Origin: an uncultured Bacteriovoracaceae bacterium | GTDB lineage: Bacteria; Bdellovibrionota; Bacteriovoracia; Bacteriovoracales; Bacteriovoracaceae | Direction of reading: 5' to 3' | Length of the DNA: 64,000 bases | Assembly (NCBI GenBank): GCA_964012805.1 | Contig: CAXGUD010000013.1 | Coordinates: 1-64,000, forward strand | In this document: positions 48,555-58,652 of the stretch, in pieces | Numbering within the stretch: position 1 is the first letter of the stretch | How the letters are laid out: each line of letters begins with the position of its first letter | Made by a program: the position numbers and the translations under genes | Notes under the pieces: model-generated | What the model saw: only the letters and a program-made list of their open reading frames with translations | Databases searched by the model: none | What the model was told of the DNA's origin: nothing

Positions 48555-51323
48555 ATGGCCTACAACTTTAATAAAATTGAAAAAGCCTGGCAGAAAAAAT
48601 GGCAAGACGACAAAATTTTCTCTGTCTCAATAGACACACAAAAACCAAAGTTTTATGTGCTAGATATGTTTCCTTACCCATCTGGCGCAGGGCTTCATGT
48701 TGGTCACCCTCTTGGTTATATAGCCTCTGATATTTACTCACGCTACAAGAGGCTTAAAGGCTTTAATGTTCTTCATCCTATGGGCTATGATGCCTTTGGA
48801 CTACCTGCAGAACAATACGCCATTCAGACAGGTCAACACCCCGCAAAAACCACAGATAAAAACATCTCCAGATATAGAGAGCAAATGGACCAGTTAGGGT
48901 TTTCCTTTGACTGGGACAGAGAAGTTAGAACTTGTGACCCTAAATACTACCACTGGACACAGTGGATGTTTTTAGAACTTTTTGAGCATTGGTTTAACAA
49001 AAACAATAATAAAGCAGAATCTATTTCAAACCTTATTTTAATTTTAGAAAAGGAAGGCAACAAAAACTTAAAAGCTGCGTGTAACCCAAAAACGCCTCAG
49101 GTTGGTGCTGAAGAATGGAATTCGATGGAGGAAAACCAAAGACTAGAATTTCTTCAAAACTACAGGCTTGCCTATCAAGACGAAACTTTCGTTAACTGGT
49201 GCCCTAAGCTTGGCACAGTTCTGGCCAATGATGAAGTGAAGGATGGACTCTCTGTTCGAGGCGGCCATCCTGTTGAACAAAAAAAGATGAAACAATGGCT
49301 TTTGAGAGTCTCCGCTTATGCTCAAAGACTTCTTGATGGCCTTGAAAAAATAGAGTGGTCAGACTCAATTAAAGAAATTCAAAGGAATTGGATTGGACGC
49401 TCAGAAGGAGCAACTGTCCATTTTTCTATAAAAGATAGAAAAGAAAAATTAGAAATTTTTACTACGCGACCTGACACCTTGTTTGGCGTCAGCTTTATGG
49501 TTCTTGCTCCTGAACATGAATGGATTGGCTTAATCACCACAGACGCTCAAAAGGACGAAGTGGAGAATTATATTCTTCAGACGAAAAAGAAAACTGAAAG
49601 AGACCGCATCTCAGACGTAAAGAATGTTTCTGGAGCCTTTACAGGAGCTTTCTGTATTCATCCTTTTACAGGAGAAGAAATTCCTGTCTGGATAGGCGAC
49701 TACGTTCTTGGAGGATATGGTACAGGCGCTATCATGGCCGTTCCGGGACATGACCAAAGAGACTATGACTTTGCAAAAAACTTTAACCTCCCAATTAGGG
49801 AAGTAGTCGAGGGTGGTAACCTTGCAGAAGAGGCCTTCGAAGCCAAAGATGGTGTTTTAGTGAACTCCGACTTTCTTAATGGCTTAAGAGTTCCTGAGGC
49901 CATCAAAAAAATGAACCAAGAGCTTGAAGGTGGTAAAAAGGGTGAACCTCGAATAAACTTCCGTTTAAGAGATGCTATCTTTAGCCGTCAAAGATATTGG
50001 GGAGAACCGATACCTATCTACTATAAAGACGGCGCACCCTACCCACTTCCAAAAGATAAACTCCCCCTAGAACTTCCACCTGTGGATTCTTACTTACCAA
50101 CCGAGGATGGAGAAGCTCCTCTGGGGAGGGCCAAAGACTGGAATTTTAAAACTGGTGAGCCATACGAACTGACTACAATGCCTGGCTTTGCGGGGTCATC
50201 AGCTTACTACCTAAGGTATATGGACCCTCACAATAAAAACGACCTTGTGAGTAAGGAAGCTAATCAATATTGGGAGAATGTCGATCTTTATGTTGGTGGA
50301 AGTGAACATGCTGTTGGCCATCTTATTTACTCCAGGTTCTTTAACAAATTTCTTTTTGATATTGGAAAAGTTTGTAAGGATGAACCCTTTAAAAAACTTA
50401 TTAACCAAGGGATGATTCAAGGTCGAAGTAATTTCGTTTACCGTAAAAAGGGAACAAATAGCTTCGTTTCTCACGGTAAAGTCAAAGACCATGAAGTCAC
50501 AACTCTTCATGTTGACGTAAATATTGTTCAAAATGATCAACTCGACTTAGAGGCCTTTAAAAGCTGGAGAGAAGAGTTTAAAAATGCTGAATTTATTTTG
50601 GAAGATGATGGTACATACCTCTGCGGAAATGCCGTAGAAAAAATGAGCAAGTCTCTTTTTAACGTTGTTAACCCAGACCTCATTGTAAAAGATTACGGAG
50701 CAGATACTCTAAGACTCTACGAAATGTTCCTAGGCCCTATTGAGCAATCTAAGCCTTGGAATACAAGTGGTATTGAAGGGGTCAGTCGTTTCCTCCACAA
50801 AGTCTGGAGGTTTTGCTTTGAGGAGGATGACTCCCTTTCACTCAATGATGAAAAAGCAACAGCTGCCGAACTAAAAATTCTCCATACGGCCATAAAAAAA
50901 GTTGAAGAGGCCATTGAGACTTTTGCCCTAAACGTTGGGGTAAGCTCACTTATGATTTGCCTTAACGACCTGACAAAGGAAAAAGCCAAAAAGAAATGCC
51001 TTATTAAACCATTTCTAATACTCCTCTCTTCATTCGCACCTCATATTAGTGAAGAAATTTGGGCCAGGCTTGGAGAAACTGAAAGCGTTTGCAAAGCTGA
51101 ATTTCCTAAATGGGAAAAAAGTTTTCTTGTAGAAAATACTTATACTTATCCTATTTCAATTAATGGAAAGAAAAAGTTTCTAAAAGAAATTTCACTTGAT
51201 TTACAGAAAGAAGATATTGAAAAAGTGGCCCTTGAAGACGAAAAATTACAATCTCTTCTTGAGGGCAAGACGGTTCGGAAAGTAATCGTTGTTCCGAAAA
51301 AAATTGTTAATATTGTTATCTAA
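48555..51323 (+). CDS. leuS: Leucine-tRNA ligase
   Basis: [45 protein letters not shown]. Confidence 0.98.
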   Translation: MAYNFNKIEKAWQKKWQDDKIFSVSIDTQKPKFYVLDMFPYPSGAGLHVGHPLGYIASDIYSRYKRLKGFNVLHPMGYDAFGLPAEQYAIQTGQHPAKTTDKNISRYREQMDQLGFSFDWDREVRTCDPKYYHWTQWMFLELFEHWFNKNNNKAESISNLILILEKEGNKNLKAACNPKTPQVGAEEWNSMEENQRLEFLQNYRLAYQDETFVNWCPKLGTVLANDEVKDGLSVRGGHPVEQKKMKQWLLRVSAYAQRLLDGLEKIEWSDSIKEIQRNWIGRSEGATVHFSIKDRKEKLEIFTTRPDTLFGVSFMVLAPEHEWIGLITTDAQKDEVENYILQTKKKTERDRISDVKNVSGAFTGAFCIHPFTGEEIPVWIGDYVLGGYGTGAIMAVPGHDQRDYDFAKNFNLPIREVVEGGNLAEEAFEAKDGVLVNSDFLNGLRVPEAIKKMNQELEGGKKGEPRINFRLRDAIFSRQRYWGEPIPIYYKDGAPYPLPKDKLPLELPPVDSYLPTEDGEAPLGRAKDWNFKTGEPYELTTMPGFAGSSAYYLRYMDPHNKNDLVSKEANQYWENVDLYVGGSEHAVGHLIYSRFFNKFLFDIGKVCKDEPFKKLINQGMIQGRSNFVYRKKGTNSFVSHGKVKDHEVTTLHVDVNIVQNDQLDLEAFKSWREEFKNAEFILEDDGTYLCGNAVEKMSKSLFNVVNPDLIVKDYGADTLRLYEMFLGPIEQSKPWNTSGIEGVSRFLHKVWRFCFEEDDSLSLNDEKATAAELKILHTAIKKVEEAIETFALNVGVSSLMICLNDLTKEKAKKKCLIKPFLILLSSFAPHISEEIWARLGETESVCKAEFPKWEKSFLVENTYTYPISINGKKKFLKEISLDLQKEDIEKVALEDEKLQSLLEGKTVRKVIVVPKKIVNIVI

Positions 51324-51334
51324 TTGAGGTTTTT

Positions 51335-51757
51335 ATGGACACAAGAGATCAGTTTATCAAACAAATAGAAGAAAACTTAAAAGGTAATGGCTTTCCAGAA
51401 AGAAAAGTTTCTCTTCCCCTTGAAAAGATGTACGAAATTGCTGACTCAAAAGGGCTCAGCTTTAATGATGTCTTAAAAGTTATGAAAGAAAAGCATGGCA
51501 TAGAGTCCCTTTTAGAAACAGAGAGGGTCATCTTCTCTAGCGCTAAAAAAGGCAGCGCATCACAGAGCGCCCCCTTCTCTTTCAATCCTGAAGAGTTAAA
51601 AAATATGGATCAGGATGAGCTAAAAGAAAAAGCACAAAGCTTTATGAAGTCAATGTCTCCCGAACAAATGGCCGAAATCCAAAAAACTTTTGCTAATATG
51701 AGTCAAGAAGAAAAGGATGAAATCATGCGAAAAGGAAAGGAAATGGGACTCCTTTAG
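51335..51757 (+). CDS. Hypothetical protein with Met-rich helical C-terminus
   Basis: GAGG SD; 140 aa; MSPEQ/MSQEE helical repeats. Confidence 0.7.
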   Translation: MDTRDQFIKQIEENLKGNGFPERKVSLPLEKMYEIADSKGLSFNDVLKVMKEKHGIESLLETERVIFSSAKKGSASQSAPFSFNPEELKNMDQDELKEKAQSFMKSMSPEQMAEIQKTFANMSQEEKDEIMRKGKEMGLL

Positions 51758-51883
51758 TCTTGACCAAAAAAAAATGACCCCCTATATTTCCTTTACAAGA
51801 ACTCAGATAAAAAGTGCCCTAAAAAATAAGCTTAGGGCATGAATCCATTGTTTCGTAAGATTTATTCTTTGGTATAATTGAGT

Positions 51884-52666
51884 ATGGAAGAAATAGAAAT
51901 TGAAGAAGCTCCCCTTTATTTAATTGACCTATGTAACCTGTTTGACCTCAGGCCGGCTCATCAATATGCTACCCTTTTACTCCTCCTGGCCAAGCTTAAA
52001 GATGGCAGTGGTCACCTTGAAAAAGAAAGGGTCCTAAATTTCACAAAAATGGGTGGACTCTCTTTAAGCTTTCAACAGACCTATGACTCCTTGGCACAAC
52101 TAGAAAAAAAAGGAATCCTTAAAGCTGAAGGTGACGGTCTTTTTAGTATAAACAAACTTATTCCAACCTATGAGTCCATGAAGCTTATTGATCAAGGGAC
52201 TCTCTCCTTTAACCTGAATATCAGCTACAAGCTTAAGAAAAGAAGTGTTAATTTTGAACTTATTGGGCCGAAAGAAAATGGAAAGAGGAGGGAGAAGACA
52301 CCAAAAGAAAAGCCTTTGGAAGAGCAAACAATCCAAAAAGTTGTCGACTACCTAAATTTACAAACAGGAAAAAACTTTAAGTCCAGAACGACTGCTACAA
52401 GAAGTTCTATTCTCGGAAGACTAAGAGAGGGTTATTCATTTTCTGACTTTAAATGCGTTATTGATGGAAAAGTCTTAGAATGGGCCCATGACCCCAGTAT
52501 GGCCAAGTATTTAAGACCAGCAACTCTTTTTACACCCTCAAAATTTGAAGCCTATTTAAACGAATTTGAGAGCTTGGATCCAGCGGATGTGAGCCAGAAG
52601 GAGCAAATTAAAGAAACTTTTAGAGAAGCACTTAGGCAAAAACTTGAGCAAGAAAAGAGGAATTGA
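51884..52666 (+). CDS. Phage replisome-organiser-like protein (conserved phage C-terminal domain, Phg_2220_C-like)
   Basis: VVDYLNLQTGKNFK...GRLREGYSFSDFKCVID.K..EW..DPSMAKYLRPATLF..SKFEAYLN; possible N-terminal winged helix. Confidence 0.8.
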   Translation: MEEIEIEEAPLYLIDLCNLFDLRPAHQYATLLLLLAKLKDGSGHLEKERVLNFTKMGGLSLSFQQTYDSLAQLEKKGILKAEGDGLFSINKLIPTYESMKLIDQGTLSFNLNISYKLKKRSVNFELIGPKENGKRREKTPKEKPLEEQTIQKVVDYLNLQTGKNFKSRTTATRSSILGRLREGYSFSDFKCVIDGKVLEWAHDPSMAKYLRPATLFTPSKFEAYLNEFESLDPADVSQKEQIKETFREALRQKLEQEKRN

Positions 52667-52688
52667 TTTAAAGTAAAATTTTGAAAGA

Positions 52689-52718
52689 CCCTCTATTTAA
52701 TTAAAGAGGGCCCTTTTT
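52689..52718 (+). terminator. Probable terminator
   Basis: CCCTCT/AGAGGG stem plus T tract between convergent genes. Confidence 0.55.
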
Positions 52719-52736
52719 ATACGAAAAAACTCAGTC

Positions 52737-53204
52737 TTAAATTTCAGATTCGAAAGAAAACCCACCTTTGAACTCATATCCTTCAAGACAGTCCTCTTTT
52801 TCTTCAATGCCATCAATCTCATTTTCATCTTCAATATTCTTAGAGTAAACATCTCCATAATACTTGATAACATTTTTACCTTTCAAATAAGTTCCTTTAA
52901 AGATCATCGCACTTTTTTGTCCACCAGCAAAATCAGGGGCCTTCATTGTTGTCGCAAGATAAAAATTATCTTGTCCTCTTTTAGTTCTTGTAAAAGCTTT
53001 TTTGGCCTCAAGAGAAAAGTTCATACCTTCTGCACGAACGACAATCTTTCCTTTACGACCTTCAGGCATATCAAGGATCATGTCTCTTGAGACAACATCA
53101 CCTGTTCTTTTTATTGAGTAAAAAACCTTACCGGGAATTTCTAAAGCGGAAACTGAGCCTACTGATAAGAAAAACAGTAATAGAGAAGCCAACATTTTGT
53201 TCAT
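52737..53204 (-). CDS. Secreted hypothetical beta-rich protein
   Basis: AAGGA SD; signal peptide ending VSA. Confidence 0.75.
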   Translation of the reverse strand: MNKMLASLLLFFLSVGSVSALEIPGKVFYSIKRTGDVVSRDMILDMPEGRKGKIVVRAEGMNFSLEAKKAFTRTKRGQDNFYLATTMKAPDFAGGQKSAMIFKGTYLKGKNVIKYYGDVYSKNIEDENEIDGIEEKEDCLEGYEFKGGFSFESEI

Positions 53205-53333
53205 AGTAACATCCTTTTTTTGTGTTAGTTATTAAAATTTGCCCACACAATGTTTTAAAACTATTTTGAAACTTGGTCAAAATAAAAGCTATTGACAAAA
53301 ATTAGACAATTCTTTTGACAAAACTTCAAAAAA

Positions 53334-53630
53334 CTAGTCCCGCGCTTTAACTAAGAGCTTTGAAGAGATATTAAAAACCTTAGACAAAAAAGAACAAGTA
53401 CCTAAAAGCCTCCGTCTTTGTTTCCTAGAAAGAACAGGACGAGAGGGAGACTTCACCTCAACAACCTGCAAGCTAACAACACCGTCCTCCTTTTTAAAAA
53501 AGCAAAGGTCCACCTGGCCCAATCCTTTCTTCCTTAAAAGGTCCTGAGAAATAAGAACCGGAATACCTTTTCCATGAAAAAAAACAGACCACCACGACTC
53601 CTCTTTCAAACCAAGCTCAAAGGTTTTCAT
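53334..53630 (-). CDS. Divergent YraN-like PD-(D/E)XK nuclease
   Basis: GQVDL...VVEVKS...KQRRR; usual position after rnhB. Confidence 0.65.
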   Translation of the reverse strand: MKTFELGLKEESWWSVFFHGKGIPVLISQDLLRKKGLGQVDLCFFKKEDGVVSLQVVEVKSPSRPVLSRKQRRRLLGTCSFLSKVFNISSKLLVKARD

Positions 53631-54381
53631 AAAACTCTTTAACTCCTTTAAAAGTCTTCCTGTGAATGCGGCTTGGACCTATTTTTTCAAGAGCTTCGTA
53701 ATGGGCCTTCGTTGGATACCCCTTATGTTTGGCCAAACCGTAACCAGGGTATTCTGAATCAAATCTCCTCATTAAATGATCTCTGTACTCTTTGGCCAAA
53801 ATACTTGCAACAGCAATGAGGACAACTTTACTATCGCCCTTAATAACCGGCTCACTATAGGCAACGGCCTCGAGTCCCTTTGGAGGATACTTTCCATCAA
53901 CAAAAAGAACTCCCCTCCCGTGATTCTCCACAAAATCTTTCAAAGCTTTATTTTTATAAATTAAAGACCTTAAAAAAGATTTCTTCATTGCCATTAATGA
54001 AGCTTGAAAAATATTAACTTTATCTATCTCAAGGGGAGAAACCTCCTCTATACAATATGTAAAGGCTTCCAAACCTTTGCCTGTAAATACCTGCCTTTTA
54101 GAAGGCTTTAATTTTGGAACCTCTATACCTAAGAGGTTTAAAATCGATATTCTTTTCTTTTCTGTAAGAGACTTTGAGTCTCCCACACCTAGCTCAAGAA
54201 AAGGTTCTAAGACTTTCTCTATTCCCTGAGACTTAACACTCTTTGGTAGAAGATGAGGAAAAAGAGTTACGGTTGCCCCAACAACAGGGCCTGCCAAAGG
54301 GCCTCGTCCTACTTCATCACAACCTGAAAAGAAGGAATATTTTTGATCTTCAAAATAAACTTTTTCAATATGAAGTTCCAT
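53617..54381 (-). CDS. rnhB: Ribonuclease HII
   Basis: GCDEVGRGPLAGPV, DSK, VDG, KGD...ASILAK, HKGYPT, HRKTF. Confidence 0.95.
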   Translation of the reverse strand: MELHIEKVYFEDQKYSFFSGCDEVGRGPLAGPVVGATVTLFPHLLPKSVKSQGIEKVLEPFLELGVGDSKSLTEKKRISILNLLGIEVPKLKPSKRQVFTGKGLEAFTYCIEEVSPLEIDKVNIFQASLMAMKKSFLRSLIYKNKALKDFVENHGRGVLFVDGKYPPKGLEAVAYSEPVIKGDSKVVLIAVASILAKEYRDHLMRRFDSEYPGYGLAKHKGYPTKAHYEALEKIGPSRIHRKTFKGVKEFYENL

Positions 54382-54422
54382 GAATACCGTAGTCCTTTTT
54401 CTAATAAATTCTTAAAAAAGGG

Positions 54423-54455
54423 AAAAAAAAAGCGCCCAATTTGGACGCTTTTTTT
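54423..54455 (-). terminator. Terminator after rplS
   Basis: AAGCG.CCAA/TTGG.CGCTT stem flanked by A/T tracts. Confidence 0.75.
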
Positions 54456-54483
54456 ATTTTGAAAAAACTGTTTTAAAAGTAAC

Positions 54484-54846
54484 TTATTTTCTATCGTAGT
54501 CAATAGCAATACGAGCACTTTTCCCAGAACGATCTCTAAGATAGTAAAGCTTAGCTCTTCTACTTTTCCCTCTTTGAACAACCTCAACCTTTTCAACATT
54601 ATGTGAATGATAAGGGAAAACTCTTTCAACACCAATTCCACTAGAGATTTTTCTTACTCTAAAGTGGCCGTTCACAGAACCTTTTCTTTTAATGGAAATA
54701 CAGACACCTTGAAAAACCTGAATACGGGTTTTTGAACCCTCAGTAATTTTCGCGTGAACAGCAACGGTATCACCAGTTCTGAAGTCTGGAATATCCTTCA
54801 CTTTTGGGTTGGCATGAATTTCATTTACTACATCAATTAAGTTCAT
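54484..54846 (-). CDS. rplS: 50S ribosomal protein L19
   Basis: [30 protein letters not shown]. Confidence 0.97.
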   Translation of the reverse strand: MNLIDVVNEIHANPKVKDIPDFRTGDTVAVHAKITEGSKTRIQVFQGVCISIKRKGSVNGHFRVRKISSGIGVERVFPYHSHNVEKVEVVQRGKSRRAKLYYLRDRSGKSARIAIDYDRK

Positions 54847-54908
54847 TTTTTCCTCACAATGATCTTAGGACCCATTTAAGAAAAGTTTCTTAAACTTTTC
54901 GGGCCACT

Positions 54909-55523
54909 CTATTTAGACTCAGAGGCGCCAAGAAGACGATCTAAATAAATCGCCACTGCAGACCTCACAGATAGATGGTTGTAACCATCAAAACTTGAAC
55001 CGAAAATAGGTCCCAGTCTGTAATCCGCTCCTTCCACAACAGGTGCTGTAAGTCCCCATCCTGTACCAAATAGCAATAATATCGGCCTTTTGTCAATTTT
55101 CAATTTCTCTTTTAAGTCTTCTGCAAGCCCATCATGCTGCTTGAAGTTTGCACCAGTGACTACAACAAAAGGCTTCTGATAAGGGTTTCCTAGCTTTTTT
55201 TCTGTTTCAACAACAGAACGCAAAGCATCATCAATAGATGATACGCATCGAGCAACATTAAGAGCGTCACTTCTATCAGGATTATAAACAGATGCCTTAT
55301 CCTCATTCCAATGACCTAAAATCCTTTTTAGCAATTCTTGCTGGGCCTTTAGGGGTGTTATGAGAAAGTAATTAGTCACCCCAAACGTCCTACAACTTCT
55401 CGATATATCGTGGATATCTAAGTTGGTTACCGAAGTTGTTACAACCTCACCTCTTTTATTATTAATAGGGTGGTGCACAAGACCAAGGTAAACCCGAGAC
55501 CCCTCACCCTTTAAATTTTTCAT
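54909..55523 (-). CDS. SPOUT-class RNA methyltransferase (TrmD-associated family)
   Basis: LVHHP, VTNLDIHDISRS, LLFGTGWGL, YNHLSVRSA. Confidence 0.85.
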   Translation of the reverse strand: MKNLKGEGSRVYLGLVHHPINNKRGEVVTTSVTNLDIHDISRSCRTFGVTNYFLITPLKAQQELLKRILGHWNEDKASVYNPDRSDALNVARCVSSIDDALRSVVETEKKLGNPYQKPFVVVTGANFKQHDGLAEDLKEKLKIDKRPILLLFGTGWGLTAPVVEGADYRLGPIFGSSFDGYNHLSVRSAVAIYLDRLLGASESK

Positions 55524-56281
55524 AAATCCTCCAATAAATCTGGTCTCTCTGCCTGAGTGACTCTAATAGACTCAAACCTCTCAAATTCCTCTATTTTTTT
55601 ATGATTGCCTGAAAGAAGTACCTCTGGAACCTCTAGGCCTTCAAACAACCTAGGCCTTGTGTATTGAGGGTGCTCCAGCAACCCTCCCTGAAAGGACTCC
55701 TTTTGAAAACTTTCTCTATTCCCAAGAACTCCCGGCTTAAAACGGATAGCAGAATCAATAATTGCCATGACAGCAAGCTCGCCACCGGTCAATACATAGT
55801 CACCAAGGCTTAGCTGCTCATCCACATATTTCTGGATAAACCTTTCATCAATGCCCTCATAGCGACCGCAAATGAAAACCAAATCTTTCCCATGACCATT
55901 TTTTCCCCAGGCACTTTGGGAAAACTCCTGACAGTTTTTCTGATTCCAAACTCTTCCTCTTGGTCCAGGAAAAACAACGTGAAGCTTTTCCTTCCAGTCG
56001 GGCCCATAGCCTCCAGGCCCAACGACACCATTAATGAGTGCCGCTTGAAGAGTATCAGGCCTCATTACCATACCTGGGCCTCCTCCATAAGGAGCATCAT
56101 CTACACCCTTATAGGAATTGCTGGAATAATCTCTTAGCTGAACTAAATGAACAGATAGACCTGACTCTCTCTCACCTTTTAAGGCCCGACCGGAGAGACC
56201 TGTCTCCAAAAAGGCCTTGAAAAAATCCGGAAATAAAGAAATGATCCAAATCTTATGATCTTTTTTCTCACCGTTTGTCAC
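55520..56281 (-). CDS. trmD: tRNA (guanine-N1)-methyltransferase
   Basis: VDDAPYGGGPGMV, CGRYEGIDER, GDYVLTGGE, PQYTRP. Confidence 0.97.
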   Translation of the reverse strand: MTNGEKKDHKIWIISLFPDFFKAFLETGLSGRALKGERESGLSVHLVQLRDYSSNSYKGVDDAPYGGGPGMVMRPDTLQAALINGVVGPGGYGPDWKEKLHVVFPGPRGRVWNQKNCQEFSQSAWGKNGHGKDLVFICGRYEGIDERFIQKYVDEQLSLGDYVLTGGELAVMAIIDSAIRFKPGVLGNRESFQKESFQGGLLEHPQYTRPRLFEGLEVPEVLLSGNHKKIEEFERFESIRVTQAERPDLLEDL

Positions 56282-56333
56282 TTAATACACCTTCTCCCTA
56301 ACATTCATAATAAAATTGGCCTCTAATATGGTG

Positions 56334-56870
56334 TTAAATGACTTCTGGTCTGATCACTTCAATTCGATGGCCCCTTTCTAACTGCTCTACAACAGGAAAA
56401 AAGGCCTTCACGAATGGTATCTCAAGAAGATTTTTGTCTTTTGTTTCAATAACTGCAACGCTTTGACCTGGATGTTCATAAAAGCCTTTCAATTCCCCAA
56501 AAGGCTCACCTTTTTCGTGGTCAAAAACTTCCTGGCCTTCCAAATCAGACAGGTAAACCTCATCTTCAGGAAGATCCGGTAATGAATGACGAAAAACCTT
56601 TAAATCAAAAGGAAGAATCCGTTCAGCAGAGGTTCGGTCCTCCACACCTTTAAAACTGATCATAACTTTGTGGCCGTAGACAATATTGGATACAGTAAAG
56701 TCTCTACCATCAATCGGTAAATGATGTTTACCATTTCTTGGAAATAAGCGGACTTTTGTTCCTTTCTCAAGTGTCCTTCCCTCTAGGTTCTCTAAGTTGA
56801 GCTTTAAAGCACCTTTAAGTCCATGAACACTCTGACAAAACCCCAGTGTTATCATACTCGTCGTATCCAC
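56334..56870 (-). CDS. rimM: 16S rRNA processing protein RimM
   Basis: HGLKG, FKGVEDRTSAE, LPEDEVY..DLEG, IPFV; GTG start with GAGAGG SD. Confidence 0.9.
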   Translation of the reverse strand: MDTTSMITLGFCQSVHGLKGALKLNLENLEGRTLEKGTKVRLFPRNGKHHLPIDGRDFTVSNIVYGHKVMISFKGVEDRTSAERILPFDLKVFRHSLPDLPEDEVYLSDLEGQEVFDHEKGEPFGELKGFYEHPGQSVAVIETKDKNLLEIPFVKAFFPVVEQLERGHRIEVIRPEVI

Positions 56871-57138
56871 TCTTTTTAACCTCTCATTTCTAAAACAAAA
56901 CACCCTCTTTTACTAACAAAGAGGTCCTTTTGTAAAAGATGAAAGGTAAACTTTATAACCTCAAATAGCAGCTCAGAGACAACATTGGACAAAAAGATGC
57001 AAAGCATAAAAAAAGAAGCCTAACCGGCTTAAAGAAAAAAAGACGTAAATGGGACCAGATCAATGCATCGCCCGTTCATTTATCCATAAATTTCCTTTAT
57101 ATTGTCGCCCTTCTTAGACATTTTTTTTAGGAGACTTT

Positions 57139-58182
57139 ATGACTTTTCTTGTGGTCAAGCGTGCTTCGCTTAAACTAGGCCTTGCCATTTTTGCCCTTGT
57201 TTTAGCTTTTTTAACACCTGAAAGTGGTTTTCCATCTTCAGAGAAGTTGGAACTACTTTTTTCGAATAAACCAACGAAAGAGTTTCACAAGACGTTTTCA
57301 AAAGTCTCCTCAAATGACTCTGAAATTGTCAATTTCTTAAAGCCCTACCAAATTATCTTTGTAAGGGGTATTTTTACAGACCTTTATGGTGGGCTTTCAG
57401 AAAGAGTCAAGGCACTTGGAGGACCTATTCCCGAAGGCTTTGGAAACCCTTTTTATCATGAAATTAAGTGGCTCCAAGCTCAAGGAATCCATACGACAAA
57501 AGCTCGTATTCATACAGAGCAGTCACCAAGCTTCAATGGAAATATCGTCGCTGAACTTGTTGAAGAAAGCACCAAGCCCGTTATTTTGATAAGTCACAGT
57601 AAGGGTGGAAATGACACACTTTTTGGACTTCTCCAAAACCCTAGAATCTATCCTAAAATTGCCGGCTGGCTTACACTCCAGGCACCACTCTATGGGAGCC
57701 CCCTCTTTGACTGTCTTGTCGGTTGTCCCTTTACAGACTTAGCTTTAGGACTCGGAATTGATATCGTCGGGGGGAGCTTTGAAGGCCTTCAAGAAATGAA
57801 AACTCCACTTCTCACTAAGCTTCACGAAGAAAGGGCCCATGATATAAAGACAATAGTTCAAGAGATTCCAACAATCTCCCTCGCTAGCCAATTCAAAAAC
57901 CCAAATATTTTTCTGACAGGCCTTACACCACCAAAGAACAAATCTGCTTTTGAAGCTTTAAACCGCTTCATCCTTATCGCTGGTGGTGGAATAAATGATG
58001 GGATGACTCCGACAAAAAGTGCATGTCTTAAAGGAAGTGACTGTGTTTTCCTAAAGGGACTTGACCACGGAAACCTATCAGTCAATTTAAGCCCTTTTAG
58101 GGCCTATGAAAAAGAATTTAGAAGAAACACGATTCTTGGCCTCCTTGAAATGCTTAAAAAAAGAATTCTATTTAGAAAATAG
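57139..58182 (+). CDS. Secreted alpha/beta hydrolase (lipase-like)
   Basis: Signal peptide; SHSKGG nucleophile elbow; NDG; LDH. Confidence 0.8.
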   Translation: MTFLVVKRASLKLGLAIFALVLAFLTPESGFPSSEKLELLFSNKPTKEFHKTFSKVSSNDSEIVNFLKPYQIIFVRGIFTDLYGGLSERVKALGGPIPEGFGNPFYHEIKWLQAQGIHTTKARIHTEQSPSFNGNIVAELVEESTKPVILISHSKGGNDTLFGLLQNPRIYPKIAGWLTLQAPLYGSPLFDCLVGCPFTDLALGLGIDIVGGSFEGLQEMKTPLLTKLHEERAHDIKTIVQEIPTISLASQFKNPNIFLTGLTPPKNKSAFEALNRFILIAGGGINDGMTPTKSACLKGSDCVFLKGLDHGNLSVNLSPFRAYEKEFRRNTILGLLEMLKKRILFRK

Positions 58183-58336
58183 AACATCTTAATACATCTT
58201 GAAAGAATCCCCTCTTAAGGCCGCGCTGATAAAAAATGGCGGCCTTAAGAGAGGTGACCAACACTTTGAAAATACCTGAATACACCTCAAAAAGCGTGAA
58301 AAAACTACACTCTTTAACCACTTCCATAAGAGCTTC

Positions 58337-58365
58337 TTGATCCCATACCAGCAAAGAGATACAAT
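58337..58365 (+). promoter_or_regulatory. Putative sigma70 promoter of the small ORF
   Basis: TTGATC-N17-TACAAT. Confidence 0.6.
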
Positions 58366-58399
58366 GCAATGAGTTATAAAACACACAGGAGGAATACAC

Positions 58400-58567
58400 A
58401 TGCTTGAAAAATCACTCTTTTATTGCCCTGAAGAGTTTCAAGATGAACAAAAAAACGAAATCCTCAACGCGATCAATTCTCTAAAAAACCTTCCTTTAGA
58501 GCTAAACGAATTGAGAAGTTTATATATTGATCTTCTTCAACCAGAAATTAAAAAGCACTTTGTATAA
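58400..58567 (+). CDS. Small protein, 55 aa (absent from the ORF track)
   Basis: AGGAGG SD then ATG; MLEKSLFYCPEEFQDEQKNEILNAINSLKNLPLELNELRSLYIDLLQPEIKKHFV*; has its own promoter and terminator. Confidence 0.72.
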   Translation: MLEKSLFYCPEEFQDEQKNEILNAINSLKNLPLELNELRSLYIDLLQPEIKKHFV

Positions 58568-58569
58568 AC

Positions 58570-58601
58570 AAAAAAAAGGAAGCCCGTGAGCTTCCTTTTT
58601 T
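58570..58601. terminator. Bidirectional terminator
   Basis: A tract, GGAAGC/GCTTCC stem, T tract. Confidence 0.8.
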
Positions 58602-58652
58602 ATTCTACTGACACTGACCATCCTTGGTCTGCATCTAATTTCATTCTCTGAG

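Noticed and set aside
51884..52666. Prophage
   Set aside because: Only one phage-like gene; no integrase, att repeats or structural genes seen.
58172..58401. Short minus-strand ORFs 58172..58399 and 58189..58401
   Set aside because: No convincing SD or motif; they overlap the promoter and SD of the better-supported plus-strand gene at 58400.
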